Positions 26,505 to 38,500 of a stretch of DNA of 64,000 nt are shown here, one piece after another. The translations under genes and the position numbers were made by a program. The stretch's first letter is position 1; every line of letters starts with the position of its first letter. The notes under the pieces were generated by a model. That model saw nothing but the letters and a program-made list of their open reading frames with translations. It made no database searches and was not told the DNA's origin. The stretch comes from Vermamoeba vermiformis (Eukaryota): NCBI GenBank assembly GCA_045837725.1, contig JBEWZL010000270.1, positions 62,001-126,000 of the forward strand. Reading direction: 5' to 3'.

Positions 26505-28335
26505 GGGAGGCGTAAAACTCCTGTCGGTTTTCAATTTAAACCTACAGTTTTTTAAAGACCTACAATCCGTCGGTCTGGCGGTTTTCAAAAAATACGCCGG
26601 CGCGGACCTCAAACCGACATGAACCGCCGCTTTGTGTACCACAGAAGGCATGCAGAATAACGTTTGTGTGGGTCATAGGCATATTCCGCCTTATTTCTCA
26701 CCTTTTTGTTAGATAAAACAACGTCAGCGTCATGATCTGTCCTACTGTAAACGAATCTAGTGATGCTATGGTACGTCATTAATTTTAAAATTATTACCTG
26801 AATTTTATTGCTGTTCATAAGCATTAATTTCGTGATCGCTTTTGAAATTGCATTTTTAAAATTTTGTTAGCACGTTGCGGTAGAGCAAATGGACCATCAT
26901 TCTAAAACCAAAAGTACTGTCGGAAAGAAGCGAGGGCACGAAGAATTGAGTGGTATGTACCAATTTTCCCAACTACGCTTGATCTGATCTCGTTCCGTTT
27001 AACAGCGAACCCAAAAGTTCCTGATTTCGCTAAGCTATTTTACAAAGTGCTTGAGAAAATTACGGACAATTGCTGAGAAAGACGACGCCCTCGAAAGACG
27101 GCTCGGCTGGATCGCCAAAGCAAGGGATCGACGATATACGTCTCATTACGGAGCTCACAAGAATACAAGACAGTAGTACTGTGGTGTGTCTTCCTCTTAT
27201 TAATTATGAGTTCTTCGATATTGCTAGCAAAGAGGTTCAGTAAGTTCGAAAACCGGATTCACTTCATGTGACTTACTATGTCGTATAGAGCCTCATATCA
27301 TCACCAAGAGCATCAACAATAAGTAAGTAAATTTTGCAGACTGGTTTTGAGCTCAAAGATATCGCTCTACTTTTATTGAAATCAGATCTTCGCGCGTGCG
27401 CATTTTTGGAAAATACAGCACAAGAAGAGACAATATCAGCAAAATAAGACTGTACTAATTTTGTGTATCAAAGTGAAACTGATTACAGTCTTTATGATGC
27501 TCCTGGGCGAACTACTGCCAAAGAATACCCCGTGCCACATTATGACGAAGTACAAACAATATCTCGCAATCCGTTTGCGACCCGGACAGAGAATAAAGGT
27601 TCGAAAAAAATTTATATAACGCTGGTTTATACTGAAGCGATATCTAACGATATCTCGAGGTTCCAGAAGTGCTCGTTGATAAATTTCAACAACGCGAGAT
27701 CAAGATCGTCACTGGCAAAGCTTCCAAAGAGAGTATTATTATGCTATCAGCCATCAAAAGATCAACACATAGCTATTCATCCGAGAATCGACTTGATCAC
27801 CCCTCAAATAAGATAATTTTGCCCGATCTGTCCACAACGATCTGACCAATGTTCCACCTATTGAAGATGACATCAGCTCTTGTTGGAATCAATTAGCTAC
27901 ACTGAGGAGGAATTAATCGCAAAAATGATTGGCACTAGGCGACGAAGCAAAATACCAGTACCATGGTGCAACAATTGATCTGGATTCGATCGCGGGCAGG
28001 AAAAACGAGTGAGGGAATATGACCAAACGTAAGTTAATTAGCCTGTGCTAGTAATAAACTGGCAGAGATACGCAAGGAGTATTCGTTTGAAATACCTGAC
28101 GCTGATCTGCAGCGATTCTTGGTAGATTCGTTATTGTAACAATAAACTTATTTTATTTCACCCCGCTACTACTTTGTGGCTCAATTCCATGCCCTAGAGC
28201 TTCGATAAGCGAACAAAACCGACACCAACCGACGGAATTAAAACCGACGGAAGAAAACCGGCAGACAGACGGACTGTAGGTCTTCAAAAAAACTGTCGGT
28301 TTAAACTGAAAACCGACGGGAGTTTTACGCCTCCC
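26505..28335. mobile_element. Non-autonomous DNA transposon, about 80-bp imperfect TIRs beginning GGGAGGCGTAAAACTCC, 8-bp TSD AGCTTTAT
   Basis: Left GGGAGGCGTAAAACTCCTGTCGGTTTTCA.. matches the reverse complement of right ..TGAAAACCGACGGGAGTTTTACGCCTCCC; AGCTTTAT at 26497-26504 and 28336-28343; subterminal AACCGAC repeats. Confidence 0.9.
26889..28130 (+). pseudogene. Degenerate spliced gene carried inside the TIR element; end approximate
   Basis: ATG exon MDHHSKTKSTVGKKRGHEELS, GT-AG introns (e.g. ending 27005 and 27288), frameshifts and stops; no transposase motif recognised. Confidence 0.45.
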
Positions 28336-28983
28336 AGCTTTATTTTTGATTTAGAACGGCCGGGCTTGAAGTGGTGAGCTCACTTGAAGATGAAACCTTG
28401 CCAAAACATTTCTGGATTAATTTCAGCCCTATTTTACGTAAGGCACCACAGTACCACGAATAACGGAACAGCCAAAGCAAAATGTTGCGGGTGGTAAAGA
28501 GAGTGATACCGCGAAGAGCTTGGCAGACTGCAAATAACAAATCAGCTCCAAATATTTTACATGGAGCGTCCATTTATTCATCTCGGGAATTGGTAGTGCG
28601 TAAGTCGACTGCTTAAATAATTTAAATTTCAGAAAATTAATTTGGATTTACATTTTGTGTACGGCTTCAATACCGCAAGCAATAATTTATAAATAGTTCT
28701 CGAATATTAATTTTATGATTATTTGAATTAATATTCAAAATTCATCCCGCGTAAATTGCAAATATTGGATAAGGAGGCTTATTTTTTGCCATAACCGGTT
28801 ACGTGATGTTAACACGTACAGAACTGGTTTGGTTCGATTACTCTTAGCTGAACTCTCTGCTACATCGCTGCCTGGTAAAACGTTAAGAGCGTTCGAGTCA
28901 TTCATCGGATCTGTGCGTTCAATAACAAGCTCGAACCCGTGATTTGAAGCTTACAACAATAAAATTACTAATTATAATTAATT

Positions 28984-31900
28984 ATGACAGGACTGCCTTC
29001 GTCTACAAGGTAGTTATCATGTTTAAGATATTTACTAAGCTTCAATAATCTAACTTTGTTTAGATTTCGAACGCGACATCTGCACACGGCCAAGTCCTTG
29101 TTTTCTCCATCCAAAAAGAGTTCAATTGGAAGTGTAGAACCGATTGTGAATAGAGCAAGCACCGATACAAATATCCAATTACACAAAGACAATACACCAG
29201 CACCCACCCTACTCGATATCTCTATTCCTCTTCAGGAACGGCTTTCACAAATTGTTCGCAATGTACTCCGTGATGAAGTGAAGGTTGATTTTGCCGCTGA
29301 GCAACAAAAACTTGAAGAAATGCAGAGGCAACAATTTGGAAAATTCCTCAAAAAGCCATTCGTTTTCAATCCAACACCTCCTATGGGACGACAATTTGAC
29401 TTACGCTTCATGCCAAAGCATTTTAACGACCAAGTCTATGAGCAATTTGAACAGTGGGCAGTTGACCCTGTTTACCGTATTCATGCTTTGCGAGCAATTC
29501 CTGGTGCTGGAAAGACAGGTAAGTAACTTGATGTAGTGTACCTTAACTAATTGTAATCTAGCTGTCATGTTGAATGCTGTGGGAAGGAATACTTATCTTA
29601 TTTATGTGATGTGTGATCAGCATGAAATAGTATCTACTGATTATGTAAGTAATTTACCTTATTATAAACCTCATTAAATACTAATACTTCTTCAGAGAGA
29701 CTCCAGCTTTGTTGCATTTTTAACTTCTGGAGCAATGCAGGGAGCTATTGCAGAGAGTGATATTAAAAAGAGTACTGAAAGAATTATAGAGCTTTTACAA
29801 CTATTTTGGCTTGCTCGTCTCATGACATTGGATTATGTAAAACAAACATTTAACTATACTCCAGTTGAATGGCTTTACTGGTCTAACAATGCTGGCCAAG
29901 AAAAAATTGCTAGAATTCAAGAACAATTTTTATCATTAAAGTAAGATAGCACTGAAAATTTCTTTATGTACTAATTTGCAGCCTGCACAGAGGGTACCCA
30001 GGTGTAAACTCAGGGAGAGCTTTAACTTCCTGGGCGGAACGTTGAGCGGGGGTGTTGAGCGGGGACAATAATTTCTCCGTTTTTTTTGGCAGCCTCGCAA
30101 TAAATCGTCCCGCAATATTACTTTTAAATAATGAATAAAAATCAACACACAATGGCATATATTTTAATTATATGCTCGGTTGTGTTAGTTGATTCGCGCG
30201 CGCTTTTCGATTAAAATTCAAAACCGTTTTTTTGGTCATTGAATCGTTTTTCTCCATCAACGCACCACAAATGGCTGACCCAGAACCGGCGAAAGCATTG
30301 TCTGTAAGTGTTCGCACATTTTTAATCGGAGACTTTTTGTAACAATGGTCTTTATTCTTATAAAATACCAATTTTTCGTTTTTTCGAATCCGAATCTAAC
30401 ATGTTCTAAAAAAGGAAGGAAATAACGCTACCAGGAAGCGGAAACGAGGACGGAAAGAAACCAAAGGCCAGAAGAGGCGTCGTATTGTGTAAGTTGAATA
30501 TCAAAAGTGAAATTAAACCAGTTCTAATATTTAAAACAGTCAGGGTCAAACGGAGGAGGCTAAAAAAGACGGATGGGCTCTTTTAGAGCCCTTTCCTCTC
30601 CGCTATCGACAAACTGTGGTGCCCTCAATGTTGGCCTTTGCCCCAAATCAGCCTTTGTCTGCATTGGATTGCTTTAAGAAGCTCTGGACGCCTAAGTTTC
30701 ATGACGAATGGATGGAGGCTGTCAGCCAACACGTGACACTTCCTCATTCTGGATTTTCCGCTTCAAAGCGAGCAGTTAGTGGGTGGAATTACCTTGGCTT
30801 TCATCTACAATGCAAGACCAACCCCTTGGCTAACCTGAAAGCCTACTGGAAAGCAGACTTGGACCTACCAAGCCAAGATTTGGTTCTTCAGATCCATTCT
30901 GAACGAGACGCCTTAGATCAGTTTTATATGGCCAGCCTATTAAGCAACAACTACTGTGATGCTGTCACTGCAGGCTCTCACATCACTATTGATGAAATTG
31001 TGGCCCCTTCCTCCTTGGACTGTCCAGCTGTTACAACAATCATTCGAAAGCCTCATCCACACGGTGTTCTCATCTGGGCCTCAGGGGTCAAACTTGAGGG
31101 TATAACCCCATATGTGTTAAGGCTAGTGCCCAAAACTGCAGATATACACTCTTGGAGCACTGGTGCCATTGTCAAGGAGCTGATAGAGCCAATGAATAGC
31201 AACTTGAAGCGGAATTATACGATGGATGCTTGGTTTGACAGTGAGGCAGTGCGTGCATACATCACAAGAGCCGGCCAGTTCTTCACCTTAGGAGCTCATA
31301 CAGGCCATAACAAAAGCTTTTGGGATCAAGCTAAGGACGGCATCACCCCTTCCACATGGAAGCAATATGAAAATGCCTCTTCTAGCCTGCTGGCATCAGT
31401 GTTTTACGACAAAGGTGTGCATTGTTGCATTAGCTCAGCCTACCGAAAAGTCAACAAAATTAACCAAAAGCTTCAGCGGTGCCCGTTATCTGATATGTAT
31501 AAGAAGCACTTCAATGTGATTGACTTATTTAATCGGAACTTTTATCAGAATATGATTAAGCATCGACAAATGACTGTCGGTAAGGTTGTCTTTGATGCCT
31601 TGCTTCAGATAACCATCTTGAATGCAAGGGTGTTATACAACCATACTCACAATCAAAAGCCCATATCTGCCTTTGATTATATGTGCCAACTAAAGAAGGA
31701 GCTATTGGAAGTGAAGTGATACTTGTATTGTATCATTATATAATAAAATTCGACATTCTTTCAAAACCGGCTCAAGGGACCGGCTCAACATTCCGCCCAG
31801 GAAGTTAATTGATCAACTGATAAACAAGCACAAAGTTTGGATTGCAGTTGATGAAGCTCAAGTTGCTGGAGCACTATACAGTAACAAGATTATACAAAGA

Positions 31901-33773
31901 GCACATATGTATGATACACCTCTGGCTGAATGCAAATACAGGTAATCACAACAGTGCCAATTTGATGTATCTAACTGTTTGTACAAAAAAGTAACCTGTT
32001 GCATGCAATGGTTTTTTATGCTTTGCCAGCTGGGTCATACCATATAATTGGTGGAACAGGTTTGGAAAGTTTTGACACCATAGGGACAAGTGGAGCTCTC
32101 AAAGGAACAGTCCTGTATGAGCTTGCAACAGCTGATAACTTAGAATTTCCTTATGTCAGTGGGGATGAAGTCCTTGCTGTTATCGGCCAATATCTCAATT
32201 TAGACTTTCTCAGTGAAGCAACCAAAGCAAAAGCAAAACAACAACTGGAAGGCCGACTGCGATACTCTCTTCGTATTCTTGGAATCTTAATGCAAGAAAT
32301 TGCAAACAGAAAACCATTGCAAACAACTGAAGACATAGAGGAGTTCTTTACAAACGCTCTAGAGAAGCATGCGCAGGAGATCCTTGATGAAATCATTAAG
32401 GGACGGATTAAAAGAGTTGGTGATCAACTATCAATGGGGCAAAGAAGATTGTGTAAGTTCACTCATTAGTGACATTATGTGTTAATGTTTCTTTGGTAGT
32501 CTATTCTCATCTTGGCAGCCTGTGTTATAAGGCAATAGTGGGGAACCAAAAATTCTACCCTGCTCGCCTCTTTACGCAGCTCTTTGGAGTTGCACCAGAA
32601 GAAACAGGAGTTCTTTTCTTTGAAAAGCATCAAATTGAAGGTGTGCCTTTTAAGAAATGATCAATTCTAATATGTTGCTTCAGTTAATGACCCAGAGATT
32701 GGGGCATACTCCTATTGGTACACTATCAAGGAAAAGTTTATTGCTGAGTTGCTGTTATCAAATAAGGATATTCATCATGCTTACCACCTCAATGAGTTGC
32801 ATGACAGCATGATGCAAAATAGACTTGCCTCATCGTTTGGATTGGAATTTCAAGAGTATTTTGCTTTCAGTCTGGTATGATTTTTGTTATTGGGTTAACT
32901 GTTCTAACTGTTGTCTAGCAAAGAAATTTGCCTGCAATTCTTAAGCAGGTTGGCTGGCATAAGCTGCCAAAATGGTGTGAACAACTTGATTGCTCTGGCT
33001 GGACATCTTTTTTAACAAGCAAACAAATGCAAGAGATTGAATCAGCTAGCAAGGCATTGAAAGGAAAGGTTCCATTGAATTGCTTGAAAAAGATGGAGAG
33101 TGCTCTGAAATCCAATGACAAACACTTGTTTGCTGAGATTACTTCAAAGCTGCAGGACTACTGGCAACAAAATGAGGATGGGTTAAGTTGGACTCAAACT
33201 TTGCAACAACTTGAATATGCTAATGTTGAAGATGCATCGAAGACAATTGGAACACTGATCAGGCTACACAAAAACAAGTCTGCTGGTCGTGGAGATGCTC
33301 TCTTTTTGCTGTCTCAGTCTGATGAATACTTATTAAGCCCATCTCCTTCATTTGGCCCAGATATCCTTGGGTTTGCAAGCAAGTAGCTTAGACTATCAAT
33401 ACGATCACTAACACATTAAACAGCATTACCAAATCGAGAAAAAGTCTTGATTGGAGTTTCAATGTCCATTCGACAGCAGCTCACTGATAAAAAATGGGTC
33501 AGCAACATTATCAAACTGAACCCAGCACACTTCTTTCAGTGGGAGAAAAACAAAAAAGAATCGGCACTACACAATATTGTGCTCGATTTATTACCAAAGA
33601 AGATGCTGATGATCAATTATACAGCTCATCTGGATGACATAGGAGTTAAAGCATCAGAAGATTATATCCTGATTCATCTAACTGATGATATGCTTGCCAA
33701 GGCAGATAGTTTATTAGCTAAGAGTATCGACCTGATTACTAAGAGCCCTGTAACTAATCCAAAAAGTAACTAG
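28984..33773 (+). CDS. Crinkler/RHS-type P-loop NTPase plus restriction-endonuclease-like protein, disrupted by a piggyBac insertion
   Basis: Walker A AIPGAGKT, Walker B WIAVDEAQ, IIGGTGL, GRLR, C-terminal SPSPSFGPDILGF..IGVSMS; the frame is continuous once the transposon and one TTAA are removed. Confidence 0.65.
30026..31804 (+). mobile_element. piggyBac-superfamily transposon (1779 bp) with TTAA TSD and 22-bp TIRs
   Basis: TTAA at 30022-30025 and 31805-31808; left TIR CTTCCTGGGCGGAACGTTGAGC and right GCTCAACATTCCGCCCAGGAAG differ by 1 mismatch. Confidence 0.93.
30271..31719 (+). CDS. piggyBac DDD transposase, 3 exons (30271-30303, 30415-30488, 30540-31719), about 428 aa
   Basis: ITIDE, IIRKPHPHG, YTMDAWFDS, YKKHFNVIDLFNR, NARVLY; the two introns join in frame; basic NLS-like RKRKRGRK..KRRR. 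Confidence 0.85.
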
Positions 33774-33970
33774 ACAACAATGGACTGAAGGCAGCTTTAA
33801 TCTTATTGAGTTTTTTGTCAAGTTTATCAATTACAATTGGATGATTCAAGACTTCTGGTTGGATGTTTGCATACTTTATAAACTAATATTCTCATCTCTG
33901 AAGTTGAAAATGATATGATGGCTCAGGTGACAGGTCACTGCTCTTTCTGATAATTAATTTATTTTGGCAG

Positions 33971-35431
33971 TTATTGAGCTTTAGTCGCTTCAGAATTCTC
34001 AGAATTATTTTCAGTGGTTTTAACTTGTTGTAATTTTTCTTGTTGTTGTTTAGCGTGTTGTGCCTTTAGATCGCTTACGATTTTGAACAACGAATCCATT
34101 TCATAATCTTTCGCCATACCAACTGCGCGCCAATGAATGTTCGAGTGCTGGTCCACCACGAATACGTAGCCTAAGAAACTGTTTTCCATGTCTACACCGC
34201 CGAGAGCTTGCGGACTCATGTCGATCCACGCCTCTTTGATTTGCAACACATTGGGCCAATCCTCCTATAAATATATTAAATAAGCAACCCTTTCGATAAT
34301 AAAAATATAATAAAAATAAAGCATTTTTGAGCCCGAATTGAAAAAATCACTCGATCGTGGATCTGGAGGATTATAATTAAGGCTGAATATTCGTGCTTAC
34401 CTTCTTGTTTGTCCTCTTTAAAATGCTCTTCAATAAGGGATTGGCGATACGATATGATAACGGCACTGAAATCAACTACAAAAAAATAAAAGTTTTAGAT
34501 CAGATTCGAACACTGCATAGTTAACTATATAACTGTAATAACTATAATAATATTAAATTGCAGAATATGTTTCGTACCTCAGCGCAATTAATTTCGGGGA
34601 ATTTCTCTTGAAAAGGTTTCTTCCAGGACTGAATAATCTTCGACGCAAATTCGCGCTTTTGAGAACAGATGATAAATGTGACGCCGTGCGGTGCTGAAGC
34701 GAAATATTGCTTTAATTTCACCATTTGACCGTTCAGATCGTATATTCGGCGAATTTCGAACAACGGGAATTGCACTGGTTGTTCTGAATAAAAACAAAGT
34801 CAGATCCACGTCAAATTCAGTACGCCAATAAATATAATATATTTTCGCCAGTATATAAATATATAAATAATTATATAATAATGTAAAAGACTTACTAAGT
34901 GTTTGAGCGGGAAATACTTTGCCGTCAGGATATTTTTTGAGTTGATGATACTCCCACATATTACCGCGTGTTAATTCGTCTTTGGAGACCATCATAGTCT
35001 TGGCACTAGTATAGCAATATTATTGTTAGCTCAAACTGATTGCAAAGAGCAGATTCGGTGAGTGCCTCAATCCAGTTCTCGAAGTTAGAAATTCGTAATA
35101 ATTTAAAACTATCAATTATGAGCTCATTAATAATAATTATGCTTATTTATATGTAGGATAAGGATTAAAATATTTCTCTAACGGAGCTTAGGGTTGATCG
35201 GTTATTTGAGTTCACTTACAAAATTCGTCTGAATCGTTGCCAGGCACTATCTGGTGCTTGAGGTTGTTGTGTAGTATTTGTAGATGGTTTATTATTGTTT
35301 TTATTCGCATTTGATCTGGATGTGTGGATTTGGTTCGTTTTGATCGCGAAAACGGACTTGGTCGCGTTAGATACGGAGCAACTTCGGGCTATAGTAGTTG
35401 CCCTAATTAATGACTTGAGTGTGGTATTCAT
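33971..35431 (-). CDS. ATP10: Mitochondrial ATPase assembly factor ATP10
   Basis: Mitochondrial-targeting-like N-terminus; GKVFPA, FPLFE, IIQSWKKPF, MENSFLGYVFVVDQHSNIHWRAVGMA. Confidence 0.8.
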
Positions 35432-35570
35432 GATGAGATATTTTGCAGGACACAAACAGAAAAATCAAACGAAAATTTTATTGTTTATTTTGTTTATCGA
35501 GATGCGGAGCAAAAGCAGCAACTAATTAAAACCGCGATAGACTTGTATATTATTAATTGTATATAGAAAA

Positions 35571-38500
35571 ATGTTGAAGATATCTGAGCCTCTGATTAAC
35601 ATCCAACGGGATGTGTATCTGCAGATCCCTCCAGAACAACGAAAAAATCCATTCTTTCCCGAAGAATTATCAGAAAAAGATTGCGATATTAAAATAGTCG
35701 GTCAGGAGAGTGAAGGCTTGTTCCTGATCTCGCGAGTCGGATTTGACTTGGTATGAAAACCCGAAAATTAATTTCAATTACATTATTACGATTTACAGCA
35801 ATTATTTTCGGTGTAATATTATAGCATACATTTATTTTTGCTCTATTAAATAATATGCCGGTTCAGAAGTGCTTCTACTTCTGTTGATCGGCGTGTTTAG
35901 GATCCAAATTGGCACAATGTAATAATTATTTATTAATAATATTATTTTATTATAGACCGGCAAAAAAGTGACGTACATTGACATGTACGATTTATTCGGC
36001 AGCAATAACAACAAAGAGGCTAAAAAATCTCATCAACGAAGCAAATCAGAAACTTCAAAAATACCGCCGTTAAAATTATCATTTAGCAATAACGGTCCAT
36101 CAGCGTCAAAAGGACTATTAACCAACGTATATAAGCACGCTAATTCAACGATGAATTGTGTCGGCGCGACAATTAACAACGAGAGAAATTTGTTGATTTT
36201 TACGATTAAATTCACCGATCAATTTGGCACCGTGGACCATGTCAAACATCCCAAAGACATTCTCATGGAAATGCCGCTCACGCAGGATCGCGTCGTTGGT
36301 ACGTTGTTTCATAGTTACAATTTCGTTATCTTCGAGTAAACAAAATTTTGCTTTAATGTAATCAGCCGTTAACGGCAAAATTTAATTTAAATTTTCTTGT
36401 AATTTTTCGCTGCATTTATTGGCCAAAATATTTTTTATGTTAAAAATATCGAACTGACAATCGACCTGAAAGTCTAATTGTTAACGGAAAATCCTCTGCC
36501 ATATTATAAATTGTATTAGCTAGTCATATAGATATTATTATAATTTTCTAATTTGGTTTTATTTTTCGCTCAGACATGTACGAGTCATTTATTTGCGGTT
36601 CTGGTGGCAATCGATACACCATGTCTACGGTCACTTTGTTGCCTCAAACTCTAAAGGTAACATTTAAAAATATTAAAAGGGTCATATTCTCAATTTAAAC
36701 GATCTCTTTGTTCATACTTTGTACGCGGATATCCGAACGAAAATTTCTAACTTTTTTATTTTGTTAGTTTATGCCAAAACCAACAGGATTTAGCAGAGCG
36801 AAACAATCAACAGATGTATTCGTATTTGCATATAATAGGAAGATCAAAGTATTCGAGATATTCAAACGATCAAAGAACGGAATTATAGATCTGACGGCAC
36901 ATCCACAACTTCGTCATTTAATTTGCGACAGTGCGTTATGGCACGATTGGAATCCAGAAATAGGACGGTTATATGTCTTATTTAAGTCTAAAGAGAAAGA
37001 GACATTGAACACCATATTTTTGGCCGTTTACGAATTTCCAGATCGAAAACCAACTTTGTTGTTACGAAGAGCTATTAACATTACGTTAAGTAAGTAGATT
37101 AGTACCGATAGTATATACATTTTTACTAAAATATATTATTATAGATATTAGAGACGGTCGAGTTTTGGATACGATCAAAGTCGTGCAAATGAATTCTTCA
37201 ACAGTAAGCAACAAAAGTTTAAAATTTAATTTTAAACCTTAAAATCCATATTTTTTATATAACTTTAGAGCTCTAATACAACTCTATCCTTTTCGCCTTT
37301 AAAATTTTTTTTGGATCCGATCGAGAAGTGCAAATAGGCTAAAATTTTTTTTATATAGATTGAAGCACTGTGCCTATGCCAAGTTAAATATCACTCGCTT
37401 GAAGACAACAGAATGAACGAACAAGTCGGCGTGCCAGTATCAATTTATTTCTTGCACTACAGTTCCGTGCTCAACTTTAAAATTCCGATCAGCGGTTACA
37501 ACAATAGTCCAAATTTGAATATGACCGCGAATGCTAATAATAGCAACAACAACGAAGATTCGAATTCGCGATTGACAATATTCAACAGATACAATGTCAT
37601 GTTCGATCTCGTGGCTAACATGTTGATGGTCTATATTCCCGGCTATTTCATTCAGTGGATTGATTGTGGACTTATGCACGATTCGCATCCGTTGCCTTCG
37701 TTTGCCTTATTTGGTAAGTACAATGACGTCCTCTAACAATTTCATCGAACATAAATTTTGGTACTTTTTTGACATGAAAAATATTTTCGTGACACGTGTC
37801 AAACTCAATTTTAAATACGGCACCAAATCGTCATCGAAAAATTATGACACGTGTCACGGGTTCATGTGACAATTTTATAAGGAATAATTATTACGAGCTT
37901 TTGATTTGACACGTGTCATCAATTTTTTTTCACGTCATTGTTTACTTGTGAGTAATTTTTTAACGATAATGATTTTTAGGCCCTAAATATGCACCAATAC
38001 TACCAAGCTTCACCAAAGCAATTCCGCCCAACATTGTGCCGTTTGAAGTGACAGGCCTAGCACTCAACGAGCGCGGCTTTATCGACTACAATACGCTTAC
38101 TGTGCACGAGTATTCCATCGCTCGATCGGGCATTGCAGAAGTGATTCAAACTTGGCCCGTGCAAGTGCTCAATGAAGAAGATTTGCAGCACGATAACAAC
38201 ATTAACAAATTTGAACGGTTTAATTTCAACACGGAACTCGCGAAGAAATTGAACGCTGAAAAGATTCGCATGGGAATTCACATGGCCCTGCTGCACTTGA
38301 GCGATCAAGAACTGGCCAATCAGGTGCGTCCATTGAATTCAATTTAGGTATCATTCCTAACTTTTTTTTTTGTAGATTATTATTCACGCTTGTACAAATT
38401 GTCCATATAACGTTACCGCAGCTGTATTTAAAGAATTTTTAATCGGTAAGAACGAAGAGTTATTTCGTTCGCTACTAGATCTAATTTTTATTTCCTTTTT

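Noticed and set aside
28340-28573. 77-aa minus-strand ORF next to the TIR element
   Set aside because: No recognisable motif or convincing gene structure
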